A DNA stretch of 64,000 nucleotides, taken from contig NC_043004.1 in the NCBI RefSeq assembly GCF_006345805.1, positions 88,784,001-88,848,000 on the forward strand, read 5' to 3'. Positions 16,132-29,787 of this stretch are shown here, one piece after another. Both the position numbers and the translations under genes were made by a program. Origin of the DNA: Octopus sinensis. Its lineage: Eukaryota. The notes under the pieces are model-generated. The model did no database searches, had not been told where the DNA came from, and saw only the letters and a list, made by a program, of their open reading frames with translations. Position 1 is the stretch's first letter; the number at the start of each line of letters is the position of its first letter.

Positions 16132-17398
16132 AGTTTCTTTATTGGCCACACAGATGGGACAAGTTACAAGGTAGAGCTTTTCTTTTGCGGGATGAAAAAA
16201 AAAAAAGGTGGCGTAGGTTTTCAATCAAAAGGGATCGTAAAAGGGAAAAAAAAGAACAAAAAAAGGAAAAGAAAAATAGAGAAAAGGGAAAAGGAACAAA
16301 AGAAAAGAAAAATGAAAAAAGAAGAAAAAGAGGAAAAAAGGGAAGAGGGAAAAAATGATCAATAGGGATCGTGTATCACAGTGTCATGATGTATGGTGTA
16401 AAGGGGAAAGCAAGTAAGGTTTATCCGTGGGAAGAAAAGCCTACGAAAAAGACCACGGTAACCTTGGTCAATATTGTTATATGTTACCACATTTGTTTGC
16501 AAGTGGGTAACCCTCTGTTTTCAATTTCTGGGTTCATAGGATTATGCTCAAGGTGACTTCGTCATTCACGCGTGCCATCCTTGCTACATTCACCCATCTT
16601 TTTTTAAAACGTTCGCTAGACAAAACTTGCCTCTCTACTCTCACTTTCCTTTTCAAGTGGTACTTGAAGAAGTTGATGAGAGGTTGACCAGGAAGGAGGC
16701 GTGACAATATTGACGATAGACTCAGCTGATAAACCGACTCGTCCCACACGTGACAGCAGTTGTTCGACATAAGCCCACAGGTCGGAAATTGTTGGACACT
16801 GCACGAGTGCGTGCAGAACGGTTTCGTCGCTCTGACCGCATCTCGGGCAGGTCGGCCCAGTGTTTCTCGAGCCGTGTCTGTAGAGCTTATCCCGAACGGG
16901 TAGCGCTTCTCGGTAGCACTGCCAGGCCAGGGATCTCTGGAAGTTGTCCATGGGCCCTGGCCCGAAAGTCGTCCTGAACAGGCGGGTCAGGTATTCCTCG
17001 TCGACGTCCAGGTTCGCCCCGAGCACGTCATCGTACCTCCCCTCCACTAATCCTCTATAGAATGCTTTGGTTGTGATGGAGTCACTCAAGGTTGACCCAG
17101 GACGGCAGAGTTGCTTGAGAGCAACGCGACACTCGCGGCGCCATTCGCCCTTCCTCGGCCTCTTTTTGATCCACGATTGCAGTTCGATGGAGACGAGCTG
17201 CGGGAAAGCGTGCCTCACAAACAGCGACCACACCTGTTCACCGTCGTCTACGAAGAGCCTGAGATGTCGCAGTCTCAGCGCGTGTCTGCGCATCATAAAC
17301 CACGGCATGCCCAGTCCTCCTTTTAACGGGTGTTGACAGCAAATGGATCGCCTGACCATCGGGACGCATCCTTTCCACAAGAAGCGAAATAGAATGCG

Positions 17399-17399
<1 letters not shown>
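16132..17399 (-). mobile_element. Tx1/L1-clade LINE 3' portion (RT tail, zf-RVT-like domain, 3' UTR)
   Basis: ORF 16616-17380 with GGLGMP and CPRCGQSDETVLHALVQC; C-terminus continues in frame 16534-16770. AATAAA near the 3' end; flanked by (GATA)2 and about (GATA)15. Confidence 0.85.
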
Positions 17400-17460
<61 letters not shown>

Positions 17461-17463
<3 letters not shown>

Positions 17464-17625
17464 TAAATACAGTGTAAATTTAAACACATAAGAGGTAACC
17501 ATCATACGATACTCGGCACACTCGAAGGAATAGCCAAATTCCAAAGCACTATTAGAAATAAATTTCGAAGGGAATGAAAAATAATGGTTACCGCTTATGT
17601 GTTTAAATGTACACTGTATTTATAT
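17461..17625. repeat. 42-bp inverted repeat with 81-bp spacer (MITE-like)
   Basis: 17461-17502 versus 17584-17625, 2 mismatches. Confidence 0.8.
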
Positions 17626-17721
17626 GAATAATATATAGGCTATTGACTAATTTTTCTACACGCTAGGCCACTGGAAGTAAAAAAGATTCTAAATTTTTTT
17701 CTTACCCCGATATTATTAATT

Positions 17722-17783
<62 letters not shown>

Positions 17784-18148
17784 GGATATGTGTGTGTGTG
17801 TGTGATACGTATGCTGTGATGGCCATATGAGCGTGCGTGTATGTTCATGGCGCTAAAAAGAAAAAAAAGGAAAATATAAATATAAGCATAAATCATTTTT
17901 CTGTCAATGTTTCGGTCACAGTATGCTGTATCGGTGGATGTTGGGGGGGGGGGAAGCAATTTCAGTTGGGTCCGATTATTGCTGTGAAGAAAACATCTGA
18001 TAAGTGAAGAGGGCGTGTGCGTGACATCCTGGAAGAAAAAAAAAAAATAATCGCTAAGTGACGTCATCGTATTAGCGCCATCTACGCACAGACTCACACG
18101 CACATTTACGCTCCCGCTATCACAAGCACTCACACGCGCGCGAGCACA

Positions 18149-18216
<68 letters not shown>

Positions 18217-18809
18217 CACACACACACTCACACACACACACACATACACACACACGCATATACACACACACATGTCCGCGCACGTACGCGCATGCACGTG
18301 TGCACATATGCAAATGTATGTGTGTGTATGTGTGAGTGTATATATATATATATATATATACATACATATATATATCTATATATATATATATATATACACA
18401 TACATATATATATACATACACATAAAGACGCGCGCGCATACATTTACATGCAAACATAATACGCACACAGACATACACACATATATATCTACATATACAG
18501 GCTTACAAAAATGCATATACATATATATGTACATGCATGCTTAAATACATGCATACACACATATATACATACCTGCATACACATGCATGCATAGATTATC
18601 CATGTATCGATCTATCGACATGCAGGAAAAATGCCAAATGCACGTGAACATGTATTTTTAAAGGTAGCTCAATCTTACCGGAAACTTTAATGCGGCTAAT
18701 AGGGTTTCTTTGTGTATCGCAGTTTGACGCCCTTTTTGCTCCTTAAATCGGGGACCAGCTTCAAAGAACACTTTTCTCTCTTTTTTCAAGCTCAATGAAA
18801 ACTTCGTGG

Positions 18810-18891
<82 letters not shown>

Positions 18892-19109
18892 ATATGCACC
18901 CATTCGTGTGCGAGCTAGCGTGCAAATATGCTAACATATTTCTGGTGTTTGTGCGTTAGTGTATATACCTTCGTGTGTATATCTATATGTAAGTGAATAT
19001 ATGTACACACGCACGCCAACTCAAACATATGTGTGCATGTGCACATATATGCAGATACACATATAGATATGCATATATATATAACACACACTATATATAT
19101 ACAATATAT

Positions 19110-19149
<40 letters not shown>

Positions 19150-19237
19150 CTTAGATATATATATACATTTTTGCGTCTATTATATATTATATATATAATA
19201 TATACATACTTACATATAATATATACATTTTTGCGTC

Positions 19238-19269
<32 letters not shown>

Positions 19270-19419
19270 ATATATACAACTTACTTAATATAATATATAC
19301 ATTTTTGCGTCTATATATATATATATATATATATCAGCATGGCCAAACCCTTAGGGCTGAAACATGTAAAAGAGTAAAAGAATGTGTGTGTATGTGTGTG
19401 TATGTGTGTGTATGTGTGT

Positions 19420-19455
<36 letters not shown>

Positions 19456-20044
19456 GGCTGTACGCGTAAATCCCTATCTGTTATCGATAAATATAAAAGC
19501 GCACACACGCACATACATCCACACAAACGCACTGTTTCTCTGGCTCACACATCCCACACCCACACACATACATTCACACAGACATACAGACACACACACA
19601 CACGCACACGCACCGTTTAATGACATGCATGACTAAGCATCATCGTAATACATGAACACGCACGCGCTTTTTCTCTCCCTAATCCTCTATCTACCAATCT
19701 ATCTGACTCTCTATCTATCTTTATATGTTTCCATCTATTTATCTTATATCTATATCTCTCCATATATTTTATCTGAACCGTTTCTTTCTCTCTCTATCAC
19801 AGTCTCTATTTCTCTCTCTCTCAATTTCTCTTTCTTTCTCTCTCTTTCTATATATATATATTATATGTGTGTGTGTGTGTGTGTCTGTCTATCTATATAT
19901 CTGTCTATCTTTAACTTCGTCTCCTTTCACTCTGCCTCTCCATTTATATATCTATCTATCTATCCATCTATCTAACTGGCTATCCATCTATCTATCACTC
20001 TATCTATCTATCTCTGTCGTTCCATCTCCCTCTCTCTGTGTCTT

Positions 20045-20098
<54 letters not shown>

Positions 20099-20366
20099 CA
20101 TGTATATGTATATATGTATGTATCTAGCTGTTTGTGTATCTCTCTATCCGTCTCTCTATCTATCTAGCCATTTATCTGTCTCTATCCTTCCTTTTCCTCA
20201 ATTAAAAGTACACACGCAGGAGCGCGCACACACACACACACACACACACGTAACACACGTTACACAACTAAAATTTAATGATGCGTGTGTGCTTGCGCAC
20301 AGGTGTGTGCGTATGTCTGTGGTGTGTGAGTGAGAGAGAGAAAGAGAGAGAGAGAGTGTGTGCGTT

Positions 20367-20397
<31 letters not shown>

Positions 20398-23130
20398 CTT
20401 TACGCATGTGTGTGTGTGTCTTTACGCGTGTGTGTGTGTGTGAAAGCAGTCGAAAGTCATTTCAGCTCCTGCGTTTCATCGCATCCTCATTCTCGTTTGT
20501 CCATTTTATTCAGCTAATTGCGCATGCGAAACTTCCTCCCTAGTTTAAACGTAATCCTCTCGTTTCATCCTCCACTCCATCCACACACGATTTAATATTT
20601 TCGACATCACCAGGGATTGAACTGCTCAAAGCCAATCTCCCTTTTCTTTGTTTCTTCATTTTCTTGTAGTTGTTGCCGTTGTTGTTTTTAAGTTTTCCTT
20701 CTCATTTAGCAGCTTTCGTTTATTCTTCTTTTTTTATATGTATATTTTTTATGTTTTTTTTTTTATTAATCTTATTTAACTTTTCTTTTCGTATTTGCTC
20801 CCTTTGCACTTTGTAGCCGAGCGTTAATTTGCTTAATTTACAAAACTGCAGGTGACAGCATTACGAATTGACGCCGAGGAATTCTTTCGTCGGTTTCGAC
20901 GATGATTGCTAAATCGTTTGATTCAAAAGACTTCTTTTACTCGTGAGATCTTACATGTAAGCTGCTGAATATTCCAAAGTATTCCATGCATACACAGGCG
21001 TATGTACGTTTATGTGTGTGCATATGCATGAGTGCCTGCATATATGTATGTGTGTATGTGTGCACCAATTTTATTGCTTCCCGCAGGCAGGAGGAGCAAA
21101 TTTTCTTTTAGTTTGGGATTTCAACTGAAAACATATGAAATTGTCTATTGTATATTGTCGATCATTTTAGCCATCGATCTATGGATTCTGTCATCTCACC
21201 AATTGGACAAGTTCAATGCTTTTCAGGTTAGGCATGGCTGTTTGTTAAGAAGCTTGCTTCCTAACTACATGACTCCTTTCTGCGATAGGTACAAAGATGA
21301 GAATTTGGGGGACGGGGCTAGTCGATTACAACGACCCAGTGAATAACTGGTACCCCCGAAAAGACAAAAGACAAAGTCAGCAGAACGTAAAGCCAGAAAA
21401 AATCCGCTAAGCATTTTATCCGACATATAACGATTCTACCAGATCACCGCCAGGAGCCATTTTAAAAATTATTTCTACTATAGGCACAAGGCCAGAAATT
21501 TTGGGGAGGGGGCTAGCCGATTACATCGACCCCAGTGTGTAACTGGTACTTAATTTATCGACCCCAAAAGGATGAAAGGCAAAGTCGACCTCAGCGGAAT
21601 TTGAACTCAGAACGTGAAGACACGAAATACCTATTTCTTTACTACTCACAAGGGGCTAAACACAGAAGGGACAAACAAGGATAGACAAACGGATTAAGTC
21701 GATTATATCGACCCCAGTGCGTAACTGGTACTTATTTAATCGACCCCGAAAGGATGAACGGCAAAGTCGACTTCGGCGGGATTTGAACTCGGAACGTAAC
21801 GGCAGACGAAATACCGCGAGGCATTTCACCCGGCGTGCTAACGTTTCTGCCAGCTCGCCCCCTTTGGGCCATTTTAATAATATATCTTTGAGAGTTGAGA
21901 TGTAGGCATAGTGTGGACGAATGGTAAAGAAGTTAACTTCGTAGTGAGTGGCATTTTGGACAAATATCATTTTTCTATACCCACTATCCGACCCATACCT
22001 TGTGAATTACAATGGGTAGAAGGAAACTGTGCAGAAGCTCGTCGGGGTAGATTATACCCACAATTTCAAAGACACGGTTTTGATACATTCTGTGTCGCGT
22101 TGGTTCTACCTGAGAATTACATGTAGGGTGCATGTATGTATGGAATACTCAACTACAAACATATTAATACTGGTGCCTGAAGAACTGAGTCCTCGTCGTC
22201 GAACGACGGGGTTCCACTACTACCACTAGCTGAGGCACCCATTGGAACATTGACACAAAACGAATTTGCTGTATATAGCTCTTGTCTTTTGTGTTCTTAG
22301 TTCAAATCCTAGTCAACTTTATATTCCGGAATGGTAACGGTCAAACATTACTTTACAATTTTCTGAGGTTGTTAAAATACATACCGTTCAAATATTGTGT
22401 TTAACATAATCAGTTACTACCGTTTTCAAAATCGGCAGTAAATTGAGAAGGATTTACGCTAATGCTAAAAATTAATATTGGTTTCAAATTTTGGCACAAG
22501 GCCAGCAATTCCGAGGGAGCGGGTATTACTTAATTGTCACTTTTTAATATCATTATTGGTTTCAAACTTTGGCATAAAGCCAACGATTTGGATGGTAGGA
22601 GGAAATCGATTACATAGACCCTAATGCTCAACTGGCATTTATTTTATCGACTCCAGATAGTAAAGGCGGACGTAACCCCATTAAGCAGTTTTGCCGGCGG
22701 GCTAACGGTCCTGCCAGCTCACCAACTTACTATTTATAATTAATGTTTTCACGACAGAAAGGCGACGAGCTGGCAGAATCGTTAGCACACCGGGCGAAAT
22801 ACTTAGCGGTATTTTGTCTACCGTTATGTTGTGAGTTCAAATTCCACCGAGGTCAACTTTGTTTTTCATCCTTTCGGGGTCGATTAAACAAGTACCAGTT
22901 ACGTACTGGGGTTGATGTAATCGATTTCAACCCTTTGTTTGTCCCCTCTGTGTTTAGCCCCCTGTGGGCAATAAAGAAATAAATATTTTTCTGACAGATG
23001 CAGTACTAACATCGACTGTTGCTTATATTTTTTCCTTGCTTGAATCAGCTCTGATTAAACTGACCTGGGTTTTAAACAAAACCTTAATAAAAGACGTTCC
23101 AGCCGTGATCATGACGTCTTTTTTAGAGAC

Positions 23131-23345
23131 CAGTGGTTCTAAACAAACTTTTAACCAACACGCCTTTGAAGATATTTTCGTCAACTCTAATTTCAATCTG
23201 TTCCTAACTTCCGAAAAATATGCAAAATTTTTATTTAATGAAATCCTTGAGATTAATGTTTTTTCTTCTAAATATACAATTTTCAGTCCAACATTGCTGA
23301 GTTTAATTCTTAGGTCTCTTCTTTTGCATTTATTCAATCATTTGA
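23131..23345 (-). mobile_element. hAT Buster-type C-terminal fragment and terminus
   Basis: LNKCKRRDLRIKLSNVGLKI resembles the Buster C-terminus (RGDLRLKL); cagtggttct TIR-like start at 23131. Confidence 0.5.
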
Positions 23346-23999
23346 AATTTACTCGCTGAATTAAGCCTAGTTTTAATTTATGTATGATGCTAGGAAACAG
23401 ACCATTATTTTAACCATGACTGTGTGGTTAAGAAATTCGCTTCCTAACTGCATGGTACTAGGTTCGGTCCCACTGCATAGAACATTGGGCAAGTCTCCGA
23501 GTCGACTAAAGCCTTGTGAGTGGATTTGGTTAATGGAAACTAAAAAGATGCCTATTGCGTGGAATGAATATGAGTATGTATGTGCTTGTGTTTATGTTTT
23601 CCTGGCTTGATACATCATGTTATTTGTAAATGAGTGTCATTGCCATGCAAGCGGTGTCGTTCATTTCCGATCTTCCGTAAAAAACATGCCTGATCGTGGT
23701 GAAATATTATTTACTTCGAAACGGTCGACGGATAGTGCCAGAAATGAGATCAGGCTGTAGGAAAATCTGCTTGGATGAATTCTTTCTAACCGATGCAAAC
23801 ATTGGAAAGTGTACTTTAAAAATGAAGACCATGACGACGACGACGACGACGGCAGCGGCGACGATGGCGACCACCACCACCACCACCACCACGAATACGA
23901 CGGTGAGGATGATGATGATGATGTTGATGGTGGTGGTGGTGGTGGTGGTGGTGGTGGTGGTGGTGGTGGTGGTGGTGGTGGTGGTGGTGGTAATGATGA

Positions 24000-24033
<34 letters not shown>

Positions 24034-25199
24034 GGTGGTGGTGATGATGATGATGATGATTCCGGTCCGTAATCCTGGATATAATATATTACATGCAGTG
24101 TTTTAAAGATCAGAGTTAAATCTTTGCTGCATTACCATAAATGTATTTTTGTGTTCTTCGCTGCATCGTAATTCAATTATTTCTTCTCGAATTACTTCTT
24201 CAGTTGATCCAACATCACAATTTAAAATGGATTTACTTCATCCTTGGTTTTACTTGAAAGGAATAAAAAGCAAAGAATCTTCTGTCAGTTTTTAGCTATG
24301 ATAAGCGTCCAGAATTTTTTTCTTTTTCAAATCCCTTTTGTTAAAAGTAAAAATTAAAACAACACACACAAATTTCTGCCAACTCAGACAAGCCGTTAAA
24401 TATGGTTGCCGTCTTTTTCTGTTTTCTTTTTTAAAATGTTCAAACATTTTCCAATTTTTCAGTAAATATTTTCAATGCAGCTTTTTTGTTTGTTTTTGTT
24501 TTTGTTTTTTCAGTAAATGTTTTCAATACAGTTTTACAATCAATCAATCAATATAACGAATTTCCCTTGATGTAAAAAGAGATCTCATCTTAAGCTTTTG
24601 AAATATCCGAGCTAGATAATAAATGTTATTTTCGTTTCCTTACTTCTTAACAATATTTCCGTCCCCTTCCCTCTCGAACGATGGTATCAAAAGGGCTTAT
24701 AAATCTTACTAAGCAATTTCCTTTGAAGAGCGAACTATTTGACTTCCGTGTGTAAAACAAGAAGCTCCACATACTGTTCATTATTATCAGAACAAAACTT
24801 CATGAATAAGCAATCGTATTTGTGGTGTGATATTTCATTGATAGTTTTGATAACTATACAAAGCGAATAATGTAGAACTTAACTTATTTGTTTTGTTACA
24901 AGTTTGCGTCCGTAAACAATACCATGTATTTTCTCAGTGACATCAGGATATATGCTTTTTAAAACTTTCTGTGAGGCTTTTATGCCTTCTAAACATTCAA
25001 ACAGCACCATCCGTGGAAATCGATATCAAATTTTGTAATAGAACTTTATATTCGTCAATTCAAAATTTTAAAACAATCATAGGTAACCTGCGGCCCACGG
25101 GAATTTATGATAAGCCTGCCTAACGAAAAAATACTTTCACATCTTTGAGTAGTGTGGCCCGCCTGATGATGAGTCATAACTCAAGCGGCCTGCTTCCCA

Positions 25200-25770
25200 A
25201 TAAAGGGTTGCCCCTTTTTCAAGGCAATATAGTTTGTCTAGTAGTGTAAGGCGCTAGGCATTTTACAAATAATATACCTTCTTTCGATTTACAACCATCA
25301 TTAAAATAACGTCCATACGCCATGACAAGGGCCTTGTTATCAACAATGGCGGGCTCATCAAGCTGAACTGGGAAATATCTTATTTTTTGCAAACTGTCAA
25401 CTCGCTGCTCTTCAATATTTCCAGGTATTTCAAAAATTTCTCTCCAATTTGAATCGATGCTTAATAGCAAGCATTTAAAAAAAGATCTGAAGGATCTCCA
25501 TGCATGACATTTCAAATAAGTTTTTTTCATACAGGTTTTATGACCTTTACAATGATTGTATGACGACAACCATTTCGGTTTTTTTTTTTTTGGTTTTTTT
25601 GCAACGATTTTTGCAATCTCACAGGAAGGAAAACTATAAGGGTTTCATCAATTTTTTTTCTTCTTTTATGCATAAGCCTGAGTTACGATGCTGCTTAAAA
25701 ATGGTTTTCATTTTCTTTGTCAGTCTTAGTTTTATTCGTGCTATTCCTTTTCAAATTATCTGAAGACTTG
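25200..25770 (-). pseudogene. hAT (Buster/Charlie-type) transposase relic
   Basis: SCEIAKIVAKN and NIEEQRVDSLQKIRYFPVQLDEPAIVDNKALVMAYGRYF...EGILFVK match the Buster xQLDESTxxxNxAxLxAYVRF region; frameshifted. Confidence 0.75.
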
Positions 25771-28700
25771 ATATTTTAAAACCTCATTTTAGAAAAAACA
25801 TTTTTTTGGTGGGGGTTATGGGGTATTATTGAGAAGTTTTTTAGTAAAACTCTAAAACAGTTTTCACATGGTATTGACAGAATGCTTTTCTTAAAGAGTC
25901 TCGTATATTATCATTATGCAATTACAATATAAATGTGACGGCGATAAGGTGTCTAAAAATACGCGAAATCTGAAAAAAGGTTAGATATCTCATTAATTAA
26001 GTTGTGGAATCAGTATATGGATCTTCTCACACTAAACGCACAATTTTTGTCTTTCTGACACACTCTTTAACAAGAACTATCAAAGTAACAGATAGACTTA
26101 ACAAGTGGGATTTCTATTTTGTTACGGTGCCAGTTATACAAGTTGCCATTTTTTTCACAATCGTGTTGAACACCAAACTACATTTTAATCAAAACAAATT
26201 TAATACGATATTTTCGTATCTAAAACCTCTAAAACTGCACACAAAAAAAATAAGGATGTCTAATATAATCATTAGACCACACATTCGAGGCGAGGACGTA
26301 CTTGATTAAATTAACCTCAGTACTATACTGGAACTTATTTTTTATCGAAATCCAAAGCTGAGGCCGGCAGCATTTGAACTCAGAATGTAAAAGGAGTTCA
26401 TTTTATCATTTAGAAGTACAGCTCGGATTTATGATAAAGTTGCCTCACTCTAGAGAACTAGGTCAATGATGCGTCTTTAGCCAGAAATCATGCTGTATTT
26501 TCAAAGGAAAATTACATTTATAGATCTGTTTGTATTCAATTTTAATTTGTTTAATCATATACAAGAGCAAACATTCAAGACTCAGTTTTATTGTTAAGCT
26601 GCACGATTACGAACTGAAGGGTTTAATTAAGTAATTAAAAAGAGACAAAAGAGTCTTTACACATAAAATAAGGGACAAACGCTAAAATCAAGAAGCAGCA
26701 GAACAGAAAAAGAAATGGTTGATAATAAATAATGACATGAAAATTAACATCCACAACTATGTTTAATTACATAAGAACTGATTATTGTCTACCTAACAAT
26801 GTTTAGAAAGGCGGCGTGATGGCGGAACCGTTAGCACATAGCACAAAATGTTGAGCGACATTTCTTCTGACTTTTTACATTCTAGGCTCAAGTCCCGCTG
26901 AGATCAATTTCATTCTTTTGGGGTCGACAAAATAAGTACCAGTTGAGCACTGGGGTCGATCTAATCGACTTAGCTTGTCATCATTTCCAGTTTGATAAAA
27001 TACTAGTCAAGGAATCCTCTCAAAATTGCTGGCCTTGTGCTCTGCAATGGACCCGTTAGGGAGCAGTAGTGTCATTTCAATCACTTACATTCCATAGAAA
27101 CCGGGTAACCAGCCTTATGGTTCTAAGAGGTCAAGGAAAAAGTGGAATAGTCTTAAGAATGAACAACGGCCCTCTCCCACTTCTTTTCATAAGGGTCAGC
27201 GCCCTTCAACGTCATCGTCAGCATAATACATACCCTGAAAAGTGTTTGAAAAGATTGATAACCTACGTTTTACTTCAGTAAAATATTCTTCCCTTTCCGC
27301 CCCTAAAAATTCCATTTCCACTTGGGCGGGGTGCCAAATCGTATTCATTGAGAAACCTGGTTCTAAACAATGCATGTAGTACCATACGACCCAATATCGA
27401 TTTCGTTTTTATGACGGTATCGTTTAATTTAAGGGAGATGTAACTACTACCCCTTGGGGTGCGATCGATCATACGGAGACTCAAATTCTCATTGGTTCGT
27501 AATAACCTGCAACGTGTTTTTGTGTGGGGGGTATAAAATCTATAGACAGACACAGTAACAGCAGATTTGAGAGAAATTATAGATATGTTTAATTAGATTG
27601 ATAAAATAGATAATGGATTAATATATTACATAAGACAAGGGAGGAAGATTAACTGAAACTGTAGAGCATCTAACAGCTAAGACTATTTACATAAGATTCT
27701 ATTCCTGCCAGGTTTGACTTTCTCTTTCATCAGCAATGAAATAAAGTACTGAGGGGGATATAACCGCTATATCAATTCACCAAATTTCAGAGCTTATACC
27801 TACGTTAGAAATCATTTCGTCAGATCCAAGGATTAGCTCCAGTTTAGATAGTAATGCGATTTATCAACCCTTAAACGGTCAGCATCAAGTGATGTTTCAT
27901 TTGAGAACAGCGAACATCATCAATCGATGTACATTTGTACAATGCGGATATCTCAAATGAATTTACGCTCACACCGGATGCAAAAAAGTTTTAGGCACTT
28001 TCCGATAATGAAAATATAAATTTCATTGTGCGAGAGACTAACAATTATAGTTTTTGTATTTATATAAAGTGAGAATAAGTATAAAAATAAAAGAGTTTTG
28101 GGGTTTTTTTTCCTCATTTGTCACGCACACGAATGCAACCCTTTCCCTCTGATTTCCCTATGATCGATCTGCACATCCGAGTTAACATGGACGAACTGTA
28201 ATAACGCCATACACTGCAGTATTCGCCTCGAGAAAGTACCTCTTTTAGACGTTTAGCGTTTTCACAATACGATTCTTACAGACCGGTATTCGTTACAAAT
28301 ACTGCTTCCGTTGCTAAATTATACCGTAATGTGATTGATTAAAAAGAAAATTAAATGCCTTGTCCGAAGAAACAATGTACCGCCCTCTCCATGAACTGAA
28401 CCAACACTCACACGATGCTCAGTCTGAGACCCCAACAACAAGGCCACGTATTATTAGGGAATGTGTGGGACTATGCAGCATACTGTATCTAGTACATTAC
28501 AGTCGTTCTTTGTTTTTCGTTATACATGGATAAGTACATAAATGGTACCAATAATATGCAAAGGTTAAATTGAGACGTGACTTGAATATCCCATGTTTTT
28601 ATATATGCGAGAAAACATCGTATTGTCTAATATATCATTTCTTACACGTTATTTTTATAGTTCCTTCAGTTTTACTTTGAAACGGTCTAGGGTGAAGGAC

Positions 28701-28865
28701 TCTGACGAAAATCCACCGACCATAATACTAGATTGCATATCCAACAGTGGGCAGTCGCTGCATTTGAAACACGTGTAGTTCCAGAAAATATGCAGTAAAT
28801 AACTGTTAGATAAAATTATGGATGTGAAAAATCTCTATTCTCCTTATCATTAATAATGTTATATA

Positions 28866-29490
28866 AAGGCGGCGAGCTGGCAGAAACGTTAGCACGCCGG
28901 GCGAAATGCTTAGTGGTATTTCGCCCGTCGCTATGTTCTGAGTTCAAATTTTGCCGTGGTTGACTCTGCCTTTTATCCTTTCGGGGTCGATAAATCAAGT
29001 ACCAGTTGAGTACTGAGGTCGATGTAATCGACTACCTCTCTCCTCCAATTTCAGGTCTTGTGCCTATGGTAGAAAGGTTTATTAATGTTATATATAAGGT
29101 GGCGAGCTGGCAGAATAGTTAGTACGCCGGGCGAAATGCTTAGTGGTATTTCGCCCGTCGCTTTGTTCTGAGTTCAAATTCCGCCGAGGTCGACTTTGCC
29201 TTTCATCCTTTTGAGGTCTATTAAATAAGTACCAGTTACGCACTGGGGTCGATATAATCGACTTAATCCGTTTGTCTGTCCTTGTTTGTCCCCTCTGTTT
29301 TTAAGCCCCTTGTGGGTAGTAAAGAAATAGGTATTTTGCCCGTCGTTTTGTTCTGAGTTCAAATTCCGCCGAGACGATTTTGCCTCTCATCCTTTCGGGG
29401 TCGATAAAATAAGTACCAGTGAAACACTGTCAATGTAATCGACTAGTCCCCTCTCCACAAATTTGAGGCATTATGCTTCCAGTAGAAATG
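28866..29490 (+). mobile_element. SINE family A, three tandem or partial copies just upstream of the exon
   Basis: Same consensus, restarting at about 28866, 29097 and 29330. Confidence 0.9.
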
Positions 29491-29704
29491 ATTATTAATG
29501 TTTTATATATATATATGATATAATATAATATAATATAAAATAATATAATATAATATTATATTATATATATATACAGATACACAGACACACATGCACACAC
29601 ACGCACGCACACACACGCACACACACACATGTATATATAGGAAATAGGTGTTACCTTTAGAATTACCTTCTATTCTTTCTGAAATCTCAACCTGTCTCTT
29701 TCAG

Positions 29705-29787
29705 ATTAACTGTCCGTGCAAGCTGTAAGATGCATCTGGAAAACTTCCCAATGGATACACAGCAATGTCCACTTGAGTTAGGCAGCT
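29705..29787 (+). CDS. Internal coding exon of a Cys-loop ligand-gated ion channel, GABA-A alpha/GRD-like subunit (peptide [27 protein letters not shown])
   Basis: Pyrimidine-rich acceptor ctctttcag at 29696-29704 and donor gtaagt at 29788. The 83-nt length with split codons at both ends matches the conserved Cys-loop exon of GABA-A receptor genes. C-x13-C signature with FPMD; close to vertebrate GABA-A alpha1 [27 protein letters not shown] (recalled). No other exon found in the window. Confidence 0.9.

Noticed and set aside
21087-21226. Candidate exon (cag...cag|gttagg) with a hydrophobic open frame
   Set aside because: No similarity to Cys-loop receptor segments or any family I recognise; splice-like signals arise often by chance here.
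29705-29787. Octopus chemotactile receptor or nicotinic receptor exon
   Set aside because: The peptide (LTVRAxC...FPMD...CPLxxGS) and 83-nt exon fit the GABA-A/glycine-type branch, not nAChR-derived receptors.
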